Under the pieces are notes generated by a model. That model ran no database searches and was not told the DNA's origin. It was given only the letters and a program-made list of their open reading frames with translations. The position numbers and the translations under genes were made by a program. Positions 40,084 to 50,369 of a DNA stretch of 64,000 nucleotides are shown one piece after another. Every line of letters starts with the position of its first letter. The first letter of the stretch is position 1. This DNA is from an uncultured bacterium (GTDB taxonomy: Bacteria > Fidelibacterota > Marinisomatia > Marinisomatales > TCS56). The DNA lies in NCBI GenBank assembly GCA_964439935.1, contig CAYTPW010000005.1:71410-135409 (forward strand). The letters are read 5' to 3'.

Positions 40084-43000
40084 CTATTCAGAATTGTGAA
40101 TTTTATCGCTTATCATCAACAGATCCGTTAGGTCGATCCTCAGATCTTTATTCATATCAGCTGCTAAAAATTGTCTCGGATCCGGTTCGATCAAATCAAA
40201 TATTATTTGGATGCAGACCATGATATCAATTTGATTTACCGCATGGTCATTATTTATATCACCAGCATAAGACGGATCGTCAGCCGTTACGATAATATAG
40301 TTGGACTTCGAGACAGTCAGTTCTGTGCCGCTGTTATTATGCACCGTCAGCCTGACAGTATAAATACCAGGTTCGGTATAGGTATGGAATGGTCTGGGAT
40401 TGATTGCACTACCGTTGTCCCCGAAATCCCAATACCACCAACCATTATCACCACTTGATGCATCACTGAATCCAACTGTTAAAGGATATTTTCCACTGCG
40501 AATATTACTGGTGAAATCTGGTGCCACCGGGATAGTAGAACCATAGACTGTTTCATCAAAAGTAATTTCAGCAGTGTTCACTGTTTGGAAAGTCCTGATC
40601 TGAATATAGTAAAAATCATTGGGATTAGTGATCGATTGGAATGATTGCCAGGTTCTCCAGGGCATCCATTCGATCAGTCCGGTGTCATCAAACCAGGTTC
40701 TTCCGATACCAGTATCAGGTGGACTGCTGATGATTCGAATATCGAAATAATTAGCATTCCCAGGGATGTTTAATTGATTTGAATGCATTTGCCAATCAAA
40801 ATTGCCGCTGAGAGCTGCTCCTGCATTTTCAATATTCAATGGATAAGATGAATAACGAGACGTATAGTAGGCGATTTGGATTTCCGCATTGTTGCTATTC
40901 TCACCATGCAAGAAACCATGTAGTGAATAGCTGCTGTCAGCCTCGATTGGATGACGATTTTCCAGCCTGGTAGAAGCATCGGAACTATTGGTATTCAGCT
41001 GATGCTGCAGTGAGCGATATCCATAGAGGAATGCGGAACCATTAATTGCAGTACCGGAATCATTCAAAGCCCATTCAGTGGAACCTTCCGATTCAAAATT
41101 CCCGAACCAGATTTTTTCTCGTCCCAACCGATATTCCCAGTTGGCATTAGGTGATATTTCACCGAGCATTGCGATACTGCCATTACGAGGCAAACGTAAT
41201 GGGGAAGATACCATCCAGGAATTGTTATCAACCAGGTCAGTTGACATACGGCAATAAACATTGTTGCGTTCCATTGATAAAGTATCGAGCTGCACAATGC
41301 CCTGGATATTTTCTCGATCCACAAATAGATAAGTATCCAATTCCCTGGAACGATGCGCCAGATAATTAAGGATAAATAATCCTAGTTCTCCCCGAGCGGG
41401 GACGGGGATATAGTCGTCAATGTATACCGGTTTTAGCGAAAAAGCCGAAAAACCGTCCTGATCGATCTCAGCATTTAAAATAATTGTCGGATAAGTTTCA
41501 GGATAATCCAGATCAAAAACGAAATTTCCCAGCGAGTGAGCAATTAGTTTACCATTGTAAACTTCAAGTCCGTGGATTTTGTGGGGGTGATGCACCACCA
41601 CCAGATCGGCGCCATTATCCAGGGTGAACTGCCGGATCGCGCGGTCCCACAGGTGTGGAACGTTGATTCGCGGTGAATAATCTTCCGCTTTAGGAGCCGG
41701 ATCGTTGATATTGGTATAACCCCAGCCACTGGTCCGTGAATAACGTTCTGTTTTGTCAACAGTGAGTGGAAATTCTGCAACATCATAATGACTGCCCGGT
41801 GATGTTGAATATTCACTACCGGCATGCATTTCAACAACGATAAGGTCAGCAACACCCTCAACCGCCATAATCTGCTGTAGGATGTCATAGGGAGTCATGT
41901 AGGCAAAACCAGGTTTATTGAGACCAGCATATAAATAAGGCTGGGCATTATTATATTGCCCAGTACGATCGCTTGAGGCCAGAAATGCAATATTAATACC
42001 GGACGGTGATGCAAAAACAGGTTGTCCTGCCTGGTAGGAATTCGCTCCGGCACCAGAGTGTATGATATCATATTCATCGAGCAATTCCTGGGTCTGAAGT
42101 AATCCTTCCATCCCATAATCGAGAGTATGATTATTAGCCAGGGTTATGATATCGATACCAGCATATTGCAAACCGGTGACATTGGATGGATCACCCCTGA
42201 ACACCACTGACTTGGTTGGGTGGGATTCACCCTGATCGGTCAGTGGGCATTCCAGATTGGCAATCGTAAGATCAGCTGCGTCGCCGAGAATGGACCAGGT
42301 CGGCTCAAAAATTGCTTCAATTCCCTGGGTGGGAATAATTCCACCGTCAGCTTCATAATCTCGTGCCAACATTATATCGCCGACGAAATTTAGAGTAACC
42401 GGGAAAGAGCTGGTTCCCTGATCCACCTCAACATTGATAATCGATCGTCCCCAAAGTCCGGTTTCATCTCGCACTTCCAGCATCACGGTGTAGGTATGGT
42501 CGTCCTCGACTAAATAAGTATGCTCCGGTGCTTGTTCCTGGCTGTGAGTATTATCGCCGAAACTCCAGAAATAATCGTGAATATAGCTGTCTGGGTCGTA
42601 AATCTCAGCCGAAAAATTTATATCAACACTTCGCTGTCGATCGATGGATCGATAGATTCTACCTGACTCGAAATTAATGACTGCTTGTGGCGCTATCGAT
42701 AGATCTGTTGTAATATCGATAATATTGTCGAAATATACTGTTCCAGCGGTATCGGTATCTTGATCATTGATGAATATCAGTCCATCAAGTACTGGTAGAT
42801 AATCAAAATAAGCCAGCCAGTCTGCGCCGATCGGTAAATAGTAGGTTGCCCATCGATCTTCTTCGAAATATCCCTGGTAGACCGGAATCCATTCGTCCGG
42901 ATTGACCTCTTGAGTTCCGGCAAATGAATAGAACAAACTGTTAAGCGAATCGATGATCCCGATTCCTTGAATCTCTCCAACGCGTTCAATATATGCGTCC

Positions 43001-44877
43001 GCGAGCCAGGTAGTTGAACTATCAATTTCCGGAGGAGTGATCGACAATAATTTCCAAGTATTTCCGGTTAATTTCAGGGATACCAGACTATGGTTGCTGG
43101 TTATGTTTGTATCAAGTGACCAGGCATCAGGTTGAAAATCCTGTCCAGGGTATGAACTCAGAGTGAGGCTGTCATCTTCGAAATCGGTGATTACAACCGG
43201 AGGTGCATGACCGGGAATGTAATTGTAGGCTGGAGCGGATGTATCACTTACGTTGTCGAAATAATCTTCAGCCAGTATCCTGAAAGAATAGTCGGTATTA
43301 ACTTCAAGATTGTTAATCGTCACGCTACTGCGACGCATGTCAGCCAATCCGCTGAAAACACCTCGATCCCAAATTGTTATTCCATCCTCACTGCTGTCAG
43401 GTTCAATCAGTATTCTATAAGTTTTAAAATTGGTATCATCGACTGGATTCCAATGCAATTTGACGTATTCGATACCCAGTTCCGATGGATAGAGTGGTTC
43501 AATGTCAGCAGGGGCGGTAGTATCGGGGACTGTTTCCCAATTAGTGAGGTAGGCATTGACGGCGTTGACAAATGGCTGATAGTACTGGAGCAAAAGAGCG
43601 TAATTGTGATAAGAAGTAGGATATGGACCGGAATACAGATCTTCCAGGGGCATATCTAATTGATCAAATAACTCCGGCTTCTCATCCAATTCCACCTGCA
43701 CCCAGGGTTCATACACATCCCTGGAATTGTAAGATTGGTGAAGATACACCATCTGGACACCGTTCCAGGGACCCAGCAATTCATCACTGTGGGATATTTC
43801 ATACACATTTTCCGACCCGTAATAATGGAATTCACCGCTGTAATGGACCTGATAATAATCGACCACACAAACCGGCAGATGCAATCCAAATAAATTCTCA
43901 TCAATGGGAAATTCAGTAGTAAAATTCACAAAATCATAATGATCAGCGGTAATATCACGGATCGGTTTATTGGCATAGGGCTGAAGAGCACCGGCGGATA
44001 GGATTATAGAATTGGCGCCTGTATGCGAATTATCGAAACTGTGAGTGTGCAGGACTAGTGGGGAGTGGGGTCCCTGGTTTTTCAGCGAATCAGATAATGC
44101 CTCATGGAAAACCTGGAAAACGGTATTGGCGTTGCGGGATGGATCTGATCGTGATTTGTTATTATTATAAGAACCGGAACCACTCCATTTTACCTCGCGA
44201 CCGGCACCGGCAATCATCAATGCCATTCCGTCGCATTGCAGGAATAATTCCGTGGCTAAATAAGGAGCGATAAAATCATCACAGGGATGAGGTACTTCGA
44301 TTAGCAGATTTGATCGACTGGCTCCCGGATTAAAAATAAACAGGCCCCAGCCATTTTGGAAGCTGCCAATTACATCATCATCGAAAATACCAGAAACATT
44401 TGAATCGATAAAACTGGAATCCAATTGCTCCCGTAGTAGATAATAAACCCGGTTATATACTGTATCGGTAAACTCCACAAACTCATAATAAAAAGAATCG
44501 GATGAATCCTCAAGCATCGAATTCACAGTTTGGATATTTTGCTCGAGCAGATTGTCGAAAATTAATCGCCAGTAATCCAGTGTCGGTGAATTAACCTCAA
44601 TTAGATTATAATCTCCGAATCCGTTGGTTTGGGTGTCCAGCCAATCCGGTCCGTAATCGTTATAGCCTGGCGCAGCTATGCCTTCCGACACATGACTAAT
44701 GTAATTATCGTAAGCCAGCTGGGGAGCTTCACCACCGATAAACTCCATTAAACTACCGGATTCTTGTATCAATTGGCCATTGAGCAGGCAGAGTGAAAAT
44801 GCTGTACAAATAATTGCAGCTTTAATCGGTTTTAATACCGTATTATTATAAGATGAGTTCTTTAGTGAAATATTCAC
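40084..44877 (-). CDS. large secreted CapA (PGA_cap) family protein with FN3, PKD and dockerin-like domains
   Basis: FVGDIML, ANLE, LANNHTLDYG, MHAGSE, HHPH, HSLGNFVFD; PKD WSFGD and WDFGD; AGDINND..ADMNKD..DLTD. Start uncertain. Confidence 0.85.
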   Translation of the reverse strand: MNISLKNSSYNNTVLKPIKAAIICTAFSLCLLNGQLIQESGSLMEFIGGEAPQLAYDNYISHVSEGIAAPGYNDYGPDWLDTQTNGFGDYNLIEVNSPTLDYWRLIFDNLLEQNIQTVNSMLEDSSDSFYYEFVEFTDTVYNRVYYLLREQLDSSFIDSNVSGIFDDDVIGSFQNGWGLFIFNPGASRSNLLIEVPHPCDDFIAPYLATELFLQCDGMALMIAGAGREVKWSGSGSYNNNKSRSDPSRNANTVFQVFHEALSDSLKNQGPHSPLVLHTHSFDNSHTGANSIILSAGALQPYANKPIRDITADHYDFVNFTTEFPIDENLFGLHLPVCVVDYYQVHYSGEFHYYGSENVYEISHSDELLGPWNGVQMVYLHQSYNSRDVYEPWVQVELDEKPELFDQLDMPLEDLYSGPYPTSYHNYALLLQYYQPFVNAVNAYLTNWETVPDTTAPADIEPLYPSELGIEYVKLHWNPVDDTNFKTYRILIEPDSSEDGITIWDRGVFSGLADMRRSSVTINNLEVNTDYSFRILAEDYFDNVSDTSAPAYNYIPGHAPPVVITDFEDDSLTLSSYPGQDFQPDAWSLDTNITSNHSLVSLKLTGNTWKLLSITPPEIDSSTTWLADAYIERVGEIQGIGIIDSLNSLFYSFAGTQEVNPDEWIPVYQGYFEEDRWATYYLPIGADWLAYFDYLPVLDGLIFINDQDTDTAGTVYFDNIIDITTDLSIAPQAVINFESGRIYRSIDRQRSVDINFSAEIYDPDSYIHDYFWSFGDNTHSQEQAPEHTYLVEDDHTYTVMLEVRDETGLWGRSIINVEVDQGTSSFPVTLNFVGDIMLARDYEADGGIIPTQGIEAIFEPTWSILGDAADLTIANLECPLTDQGESHPTKSVVFRGDPSNVTGLQYAGIDIITLANNHTLDYGMEGLLQTQELLDEYDIIHSGAGANSYQAGQPVFASPSGINIAFLASSDRTGQYNNAQPYLYAGLNKPGFAYMTPYDILQQIMAVEGVADLIVVEMHAGSEYSTSPGSHYDVAEFPLTVDKTERYSRTSGWGYTNINDPAPKAEDYSPRINVPHLWDRAIRQFTLDNGADLVVVHHPHKIHGLEVYNGKLIAHSLGNFVFDLDYPETYPTIILNAEIDQDGFSAFSLKPVYIDDYIPVPARGELGLFILNYLAHRSRELDTYLFVDRENIQGIVQLDTLSMERNNVYCRMSTDLVDNNSWMVSSPLRLPRNGSIAMLGEISPNANWEYRLGREKIWFGNFESEGSTEWALNDSGTAINGSAFLYGYRSLQHQLNTNSSDASTRLENRHPIEADSSYSLHGFLHGENSNNAEIQIAYYTSRYSSYPLNIENAGAALSGNFDWQMHSNQLNIPGNANYFDIRIISSPPDTGIGRTWFDDTGLIEWMPWRTWQSFQSITNPNDFYYIQIRTFQTVNTAEITFDETVYGSTIPVAPDFTSNIRSGKYPLTVGFSDASSGDNGWWYWDFGDNGSAINPRPFHTYTEPGIYTVRLTVHNNSGTELTVSKSNYIIVTADDPSYAGDINNDHAVNQIDIMVCIQIIFDLIEPDPRQFLAADMNKDLRIDLTDLLMISDKIHNSE

Positions 44878-44978
44878 AAGTTGATTTACTTATGCAATAA
44901 TAATTATCAATTTACCGATACGTTTTGGACTTAATGTTGACTAACTTAAGTTACCAAGGAATAATTTACAGGAAAACA

Positions 44979-45689
44979 ATGGAATTTGTCACAGTAAAAC
45001 CCCGCGGGCTGCCGAAGATTATCGGTATTCTTTTTATTGCTGATATTCTTCTTATTCTGCTTTATCTGGGGAACCATTTCATTGACTATCCTTTTGACTG
45101 GTTTACTGAATTTGTTGATTTGGATAATGAAAATAATCTGCCTGCTTGGTATTCGGCAATTCAGTTATTTTTCCTCAGTATTTGTCTGGGTGTATTTGCA
45201 TTTGATATTTCCGACAATCCTGGGTGGAAGGTAAAACTAATCTGGTTAATGCCTTTATTGTTTTTATTCATGTCACTTGATGAAATTGCCATGATCCATG
45301 AGACACTGGGTGAGATCACCGATTATTTACTGGCCGGCGGAAGTCGCCGGAATACACCTTTCCGCGTCACCGGAATCTGGATGTTTTTATTTGGCATTCC
45401 ATTTTTTATTCTAATGTCGGGTGCCATACTGATGCTGAAAGGGAAAATCAGTAATATTAATGGCGTGGTCAGTAAATATTTTATTGGATTGATTGTATTT
45501 GTCGTTTCGGCAGCCGGAACCGAAATTTTTTCCAATTTTTACCGACGCGGACCGGGTTACCTGGCCCAGGTATGTCTTGAAGAATTGGGTGAAATGCTAG
45601 GTATTACGATTTTATTGTGGGCAACTTTGGAATTACTACATTCACAGGGAATTTATTTTAATAATATTTTTTCAAAACGCCAGTCATGA
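44979..45689 (+). CDS. hypothetical multi-pass membrane protein
   Basis: ORF 44925..45689, likely ATG 44979. ~6 TM; DLDNENN.PAWYS, SLDE...IHE and EE..EM.G conserved-looking motifs. Confidence 0.7.
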   Translation: MEFVTVKPRGLPKIIGILFIADILLILLYLGNHFIDYPFDWFTEFVDLDNENNLPAWYSAIQLFFLSICLGVFAFDISDNPGWKVKLIWLMPLLFLFMSLDEIAMIHETLGEITDYLLAGGSRRNTPFRVTGIWMFLFGIPFFILMSGAILMLKGKISNINGVVSKYFIGLIVFVVSAAGTEIFSNFYRRGPGYLAQVCLEELGEMLGITILLWATLELLHSQGIYFNNIFSKRQS

Positions 45690-45700
45690 TTGATTGAATT

Positions 45701-47365
45701 ATGAATAGTAAAGTAAAGCTGTCACCTGTTGCGATAGCAATCAGTCTGGCATTTTTTAATATAGCACTGTATCTTTTGTTTCCAATGCCTGGTTTTCGTC
45801 GCTGGGATGGCTTAATGACGGCTACGGCTACAGCACATTTTGATACCACTCCCTGGGAAGTGCTGCTTTATTTTGCCCATACTCTGGTTATACCCTTAAC
45901 CAAACTGTTTCATATCATTGTACCGGAGCTCAACTCGATGATTATTCCAGCTCTGCGCGAGGTGAGTTTTTCAGCCGTAAACGTGGTTATTATCTATTAT
46001 TTTTTCAGAACCTATTTGAAAAAGGATTTACCGGCAGTACTTCTTGCACTCACCTATATTTTCTGCAATGCCCACTGGCAGTTTACTACTGGTGGTGAGG
46101 AGAAGGATACCATGCTGGTATTAAATATGGTTTACCTGATTGCTTTTTTTCAATACCGGGGTTGGATCAATTTGGGATGGACCTTTTTCAATCCGACAGA
46201 TAATCGAGATGCCGGACAGGTGAACAGGTGGAGTTGGTTGCGGCCGGAATATTTGTTAGGAATTATTTTGGCGCTGTCTATTATGATCCATCTTGAAAAT
46301 ACTCTCTTAATCCTAACCACCATCGTGATCTATTTGGCGCATAAGGAATTTTACAGCAACACCAGATTAGAAATAACTGCATTACTGAGAATTTTACTAT
46401 CAGCTGGAATCATCTTACTCCTCTGGTTTGGATTTGTAATTTTTGGTATAAACCGGATTTCCAATTTTTCAGATGCTGTATATTGGTTAACGGAATATCA
46501 TTCATCAGGTGAATTTTTTGACGCTAATATTAATTTTTACAAACAGTATATTGGGGCTTATCAAGGTTTCCGTCGATTCCTTGTTGGTAACCATTTTGAA
46601 CATGGATTGTTGAGTCTGGAAGCAATTGTGATCACATGTATAGTGACCGTCCTGGGAATAAAATCATATCGCCATGCCCCCCAGTTGATTAAACCGGCAT
46701 TAATTTATATTGGAATTCTAACTGCACATTTCTTTTTTTGGCTCCCCTGGGACCCGGAGCAATGGAATCCGGTGGTCTTTGCGGGTTTTATATTACTCAG
46801 CCCGGCGGTATTCGTCACAAAAAAGAAGATCGGATTATATTCAGGTTTGGCATTGGTGCTGATACTGATTGCAGTTAATATCTATTCATATAACATTGAC
46901 GCTACAAAATACCGGGCAATATACCTGGAAAACCGGGAAAATAATCCGGATCGTTTAGATGGATTCAACGGATTCTTCCTGCGTAACATACCATATGCTA
47001 ACTTGGCACAGTTAATTGACCACCATACTGAACCTGGTGCGATAATTTTTTTAGATCACCGGCATATCGCCAATCATTTATTGATCTTTAGCGATTGTCA
47101 GCCGATTGTTAGTAAATACATTAATGTAGATAGCACTGAATTACGACGGGATTATTATCTTTCCCAATTGAGCCTGCATTTTTACAAACCGGCATATTTG
47201 ATCGAAGAATTGGATGATGCAATTCATTCGGGAAAAAATGCTTACTATCTATCAAATTCTAGAAGATCCTACCGGTTTTTGTCGGATACATTCGGTGTAA
47301 AATTGGCTGTAAAAAAACAATTCGATTTGAATGGATTTCAATTGATGCGTTTGGAAATAGACTAA
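45701..47365 (+). CDS. putative GT-C fold membrane glycosyltransferase
   Basis: TM1 followed by RWDG, AH.L..P, GEEKD loop, ~11 TM and a soluble C-terminal domain. Confidence 0.5.
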   Translation: MNSKVKLSPVAIAISLAFFNIALYLLFPMPGFRRWDGLMTATATAHFDTTPWEVLLYFAHTLVIPLTKLFHIIVPELNSMIIPALREVSFSAVNVVIIYYFFRTYLKKDLPAVLLALTYIFCNAHWQFTTGGEEKDTMLVLNMVYLIAFFQYRGWINLGWTFFNPTDNRDAGQVNRWSWLRPEYLLGIILALSIMIHLENTLLILTTIVIYLAHKEFYSNTRLEITALLRILLSAGIILLLWFGFVIFGINRISNFSDAVYWLTEYHSSGEFFDANINFYKQYIGAYQGFRRFLVGNHFEHGLLSLEAIVITCIVTVLGIKSYRHAPQLIKPALIYIGILTAHFFFWLPWDPEQWNPVVFAGFILLSPAVFVTKKKIGLYSGLALVLILIAVNIYSYNIDATKYRAIYLENRENNPDRLDGFNGFFLRNIPYANLAQLIDHHTEPGAIIFLDHRHIANHLLIFSDCQPIVSKYINVDSTELRRDYYLSQLSLHFYKPAYLIEELDDAIHSGKNAYYLSNSRRSYRFLSDTFGVKLAVKKQFDLNGFQLMRLEID

Positions 47366-47366
47366 A

Positions 47367-50300
47367 TCAGGTAGCCTCTGATTTGGTCTGTCGCTTTCTA
47401 ATGACTGAATAACGGGCTGAAGCCAGCATTAGGACAATTAAGATTCCCAGAATTACTATTGTACTAGGCCGCCATAGTATATTTTTTAGTTGAGTCGGTA
47501 GACGGAAATGAATCCGTGCGAGGTGCTGCCGGTTACGCTTGACTACCATCTTATAATCGGGGCGACCGCGGATATCTAATAATAACTGGTCTTCGATCCG
47601 CCACAGATTACCTGAAAGCAGTGTTTCCATGCTAGTCAGGGAGTATGGCCTCGTGTCCGACAGGTCGAAATGATCGTTTTCCTCATCATATATTTTAGAA
47701 TTTTTTCGAACTCGGTCAGATTTCATTATTGTGGATAACAATTCTGAATCGAATTTTGTGTCACTTGATGCATATACAAATCCATGCTTTCCTCGCGGTC
47801 GACCGGTACAGTCAATTACCCGGTAATAGGGGTAGGTATATACGACACCCTTTAATATTTTCATACTTTGACTATTACGATAATGAGGTCTGGGACGGCC
47901 CTGTGTAGACTCAGCGAAAATTCCACCCGGTTTCAGATGCTGTCTAATATTCTGGTAGAAGTTCTGGTTATGGAGTAACATCGTCCCAAGGTTATAGGGA
48001 GCCGAAATATCCATGATTATCAAATCAAATTTCTCATCACTGGTTAACAGGTAATGCTTTGCATCATCGACGACCAGCTCATAATTATCCCAATGGTCAA
48101 ACCGGTTCAATTCATACCAGCTGGTCTTGGCCGATTCAATAACGGCAGCATCAATCTCCACCAGGGTAGTTTTTGAGGCAAACGGACTGACCCGACCGAT
48201 TGAATACATCGAGCCACAACCGAAGATCAGAATACGTAATTTTTCCTGTCGCTTCTGATACAGGTATTTAGCCGGTAATTCAGCCAGGAAATAAGTGAAT
48301 TCACTTAATCCGGTCTCATGGGCAAAGTGACCATTATCATCGTATTTATAGCCAAAATAAACAATTCCATTCAGGAATGCCCAACGGGAGAGGTGGTCTT
48401 GCCGGCCGGTATCTTCAAATGTATCGATTATATCAATAGAATGATAAAATGAATTATCCGACAGGGTTAAAACCGGGTTATCGTATCCTCGGGTATAATA
48501 ATAATCTTCGGTTCCCAATTGGTGAATCCGGGCACCGTAATTATAAAGCAGAAAAATCAAGAAAAATCCTCCGAGCAGGATTGATAATTTCCAAGTACTG
48601 TGCTGATAAATGATCATTACCAGGATCAGCATTACTGAGAAATAGAGCGGCCAGAGCAGGTTGGGTGCAATGAATGTCAACAGAACCATTAATATGCTTC
48701 CGCAGATCGCACCCAGCAGATCCCAGGAATAGGACGAAGCTAACGATTTCGAACCTCGTTCCTCGATAAGTTTAGGTAAAAATACTGAATAGAAGGAGGA
48801 GGTTCCAAACGCCGTCAGGAACAGCAGGACCACCATAGTCAGCATACCAAAACCAGCTGAAATCAGATAACCAGCGGCAAAGCGGCTGAATAAAAGTGCA
48901 GTCAGATGCAGGATGAACATCGTTGGTGCAATGATTCTTATTAATTGCGCTGATAAATACCGCGCAACCCCGTAACCTACAGAAAAACCAGCAAAATACG
49001 CTGCGCCGACTATCAATACGGTCACCTCTGCTGCTGCAAGGATAATCGAGAATTCACGCGTGATGAAATATTGTAACAGAATGAGATTAAATCCGGCGAT
49101 AAATAATACCAGGCGATTTGTGTTAGAACCACGAAAAGTTGTACTTCCCGGTTTGGTTGAAGGAATTTTAGTCGCAGATTTTGGTTTTATGAATTGGTAG
49201 GCTACAGCTATGATGTATACGATTATCAATGCAGGATAGATGGCTGAGTTGGCTGATTTGTAAGTGATAACCAGCAGTACTGCCGGTATGAAATAGACGA
49301 TCCAGTATTTTTTTTGAAGAACCAGCAGGATCAGAGCAGCAGTTATAAATGGAGCAGAATAAAGAAAATAAACACCCCACTGGACGAATCCCAACATGCT
49401 GAGAATGAACCCAAGTACAAAACCATTGTTCTCATGAAAAAACAAGGATGTGGCGGAATACTTTTTCGATAATGTTCTGAAGAAACTACCGGCTGGTAAT
49501 GCAGTCAAGATTATCAAAATCGCATAGATTGGAAGCCAGACATGATAGGGTGGCAGCCAGGCAGTCAGACCGATCAGTACCAGGTAACTGACGATTGATA
49601 TAATCAGGGATGGCACTAAATCATTCCGGCGGCCAAATATCAAACTCAGTATCACACCGATCAACCAGGCGATGGCAACAGCAAAATAACCCAGAAAAGT
49701 AGCTGTCATAAAGCATTGTACGATGAAGAATAGAGCGATCTGCATCAATCCGAAATGAATTCCGGCGATAAAGAAGGGTAGTGCGGTATCAGCTTTTTCA
49801 GATTTAGTGAAAGCTGTCAAACGGATTGAAATCCTCTGGATTAATGATTTGATATCAGGCAGTAGAATATTCGTAAATCCGGCTGTAAGAATAAAAAATA
49901 ATATTACCTGTATTAGTGTCATCTGTCCCGAGATTTGAAGAATATACCCGATCAGTACTCCAATCAAGATCAGACGGATCGGGTTTGGAGCGGTAGACTT
50001 GAATTGATGGTTTTGTGTTACGAACAAACCCGATACCAGACCCATCCCAAATGCTGATATGACAATAGAAAAAAGCGATTGAGCACCAACAACTGCTTGG
50101 TTGAAAAAGATCGTAAAACTAAAAAAGATAACTGCCGTCAATGAAATAATTTTCAGATATTTTGACTTGCGAATTAAGAGACTGCAGATCATTCCGAATG
50201 TTATCAGGATTATAATGATAATGTTGCTAGACAAATAATCTGACTCACTCGCTAATTCGGGGCGATACAGGGTAGCAGTGGACAGAGGTATAATGATTCC

Positions 50301-50369
50301 AGCCGCCAGTAAATAATAATTGCCAGGGGTCGTTACAACCAGATTCAGCAGATATTTGATTCGATTCAT
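47367..50369 (-). CDS. multi-TM protein fused to a spermidine-synthase-like class I SAM-binding domain
   Basis: ~20 TM segments, then FLNG, ILIFGCGS, LVEID, VDDAKHYL..KFDLIIMD, NFY..LKPGGIF. Confidence 0.8.
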   Translation of the reverse strand: MNRIKYLLNLVVTTPGNYYLLAAGIIIPLSTATLYRPELASESDYLSSNIIIIILITFGMICSLLIRKSKYLKIISLTAVIFFSFTIFFNQAVVGAQSLFSIVISAFGMGLVSGLFVTQNHQFKSTAPNPIRLILIGVLIGYILQISGQMTLIQVILFFILTAGFTNILLPDIKSLIQRISIRLTAFTKSEKADTALPFFIAGIHFGLMQIALFFIVQCFMTATFLGYFAVAIAWLIGVILSLIFGRRNDLVPSLIISIVSYLVLIGLTAWLPPYHVWLPIYAILIILTALPAGSFFRTLSKKYSATSLFFHENNGFVLGFILSMLGFVQWGVYFLYSAPFITAALILLVLQKKYWIVYFIPAVLLVITYKSANSAIYPALIIVYIIAVAYQFIKPKSATKIPSTKPGSTTFRGSNTNRLVLFIAGFNLILLQYFITREFSIILAAAEVTVLIVGAAYFAGFSVGYGVARYLSAQLIRIIAPTMFILHLTALLFSRFAAGYLISAGFGMLTMVVLLFLTAFGTSSFYSVFLPKLIEERGSKSLASSYSWDLLGAICGSILMVLLTFIAPNLLWPLYFSVMLILVMIIYQHSTWKLSILLGGFFLIFLLYNYGARIHQLGTEDYYYTRGYDNPVLTLSDNSFYHSIDIIDTFEDTGRQDHLSRWAFLNGIVYFGYKYDDNGHFAHETGLSEFTYFLAELPAKYLYQKRQEKLRILIFGCGSMYSIGRVSPFASKTTLVEIDAAVIESAKTSWYELNRFDHWDNYELVVDDAKHYLLTSDEKFDLIIMDISAPYNLGTMLLHNQNFYQNIRQHLKPGGIFAESTQGRPRPHYRNSQSMKILKGVVYTYPYYRVIDCTGRPRGKHGFVYASSDTKFDSELLSTIMKSDRVRKNSKIYDEENDHFDLSDTRPYSLTSMETLLSGNLWRIEDQLLLDIRGRPDYKMVVKRNRQHLARIHFRLPTQLKNILWRPSTIVILGILIVLMLASARYSVIRKRQTKSEAT

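Noticed and set aside
40084-44877. Poly-gamma-glutamate capsule biosynthesis locus
   Set aside because: Only a CapA-like domain is present; no capB/capC in the window.
47367-50369. Calling this gene speE (spermidine synthase)
   Set aside because: The GGGDG motif is replaced by GCGSM and the protein is mostly membrane-embedded; the function cannot be assigned.
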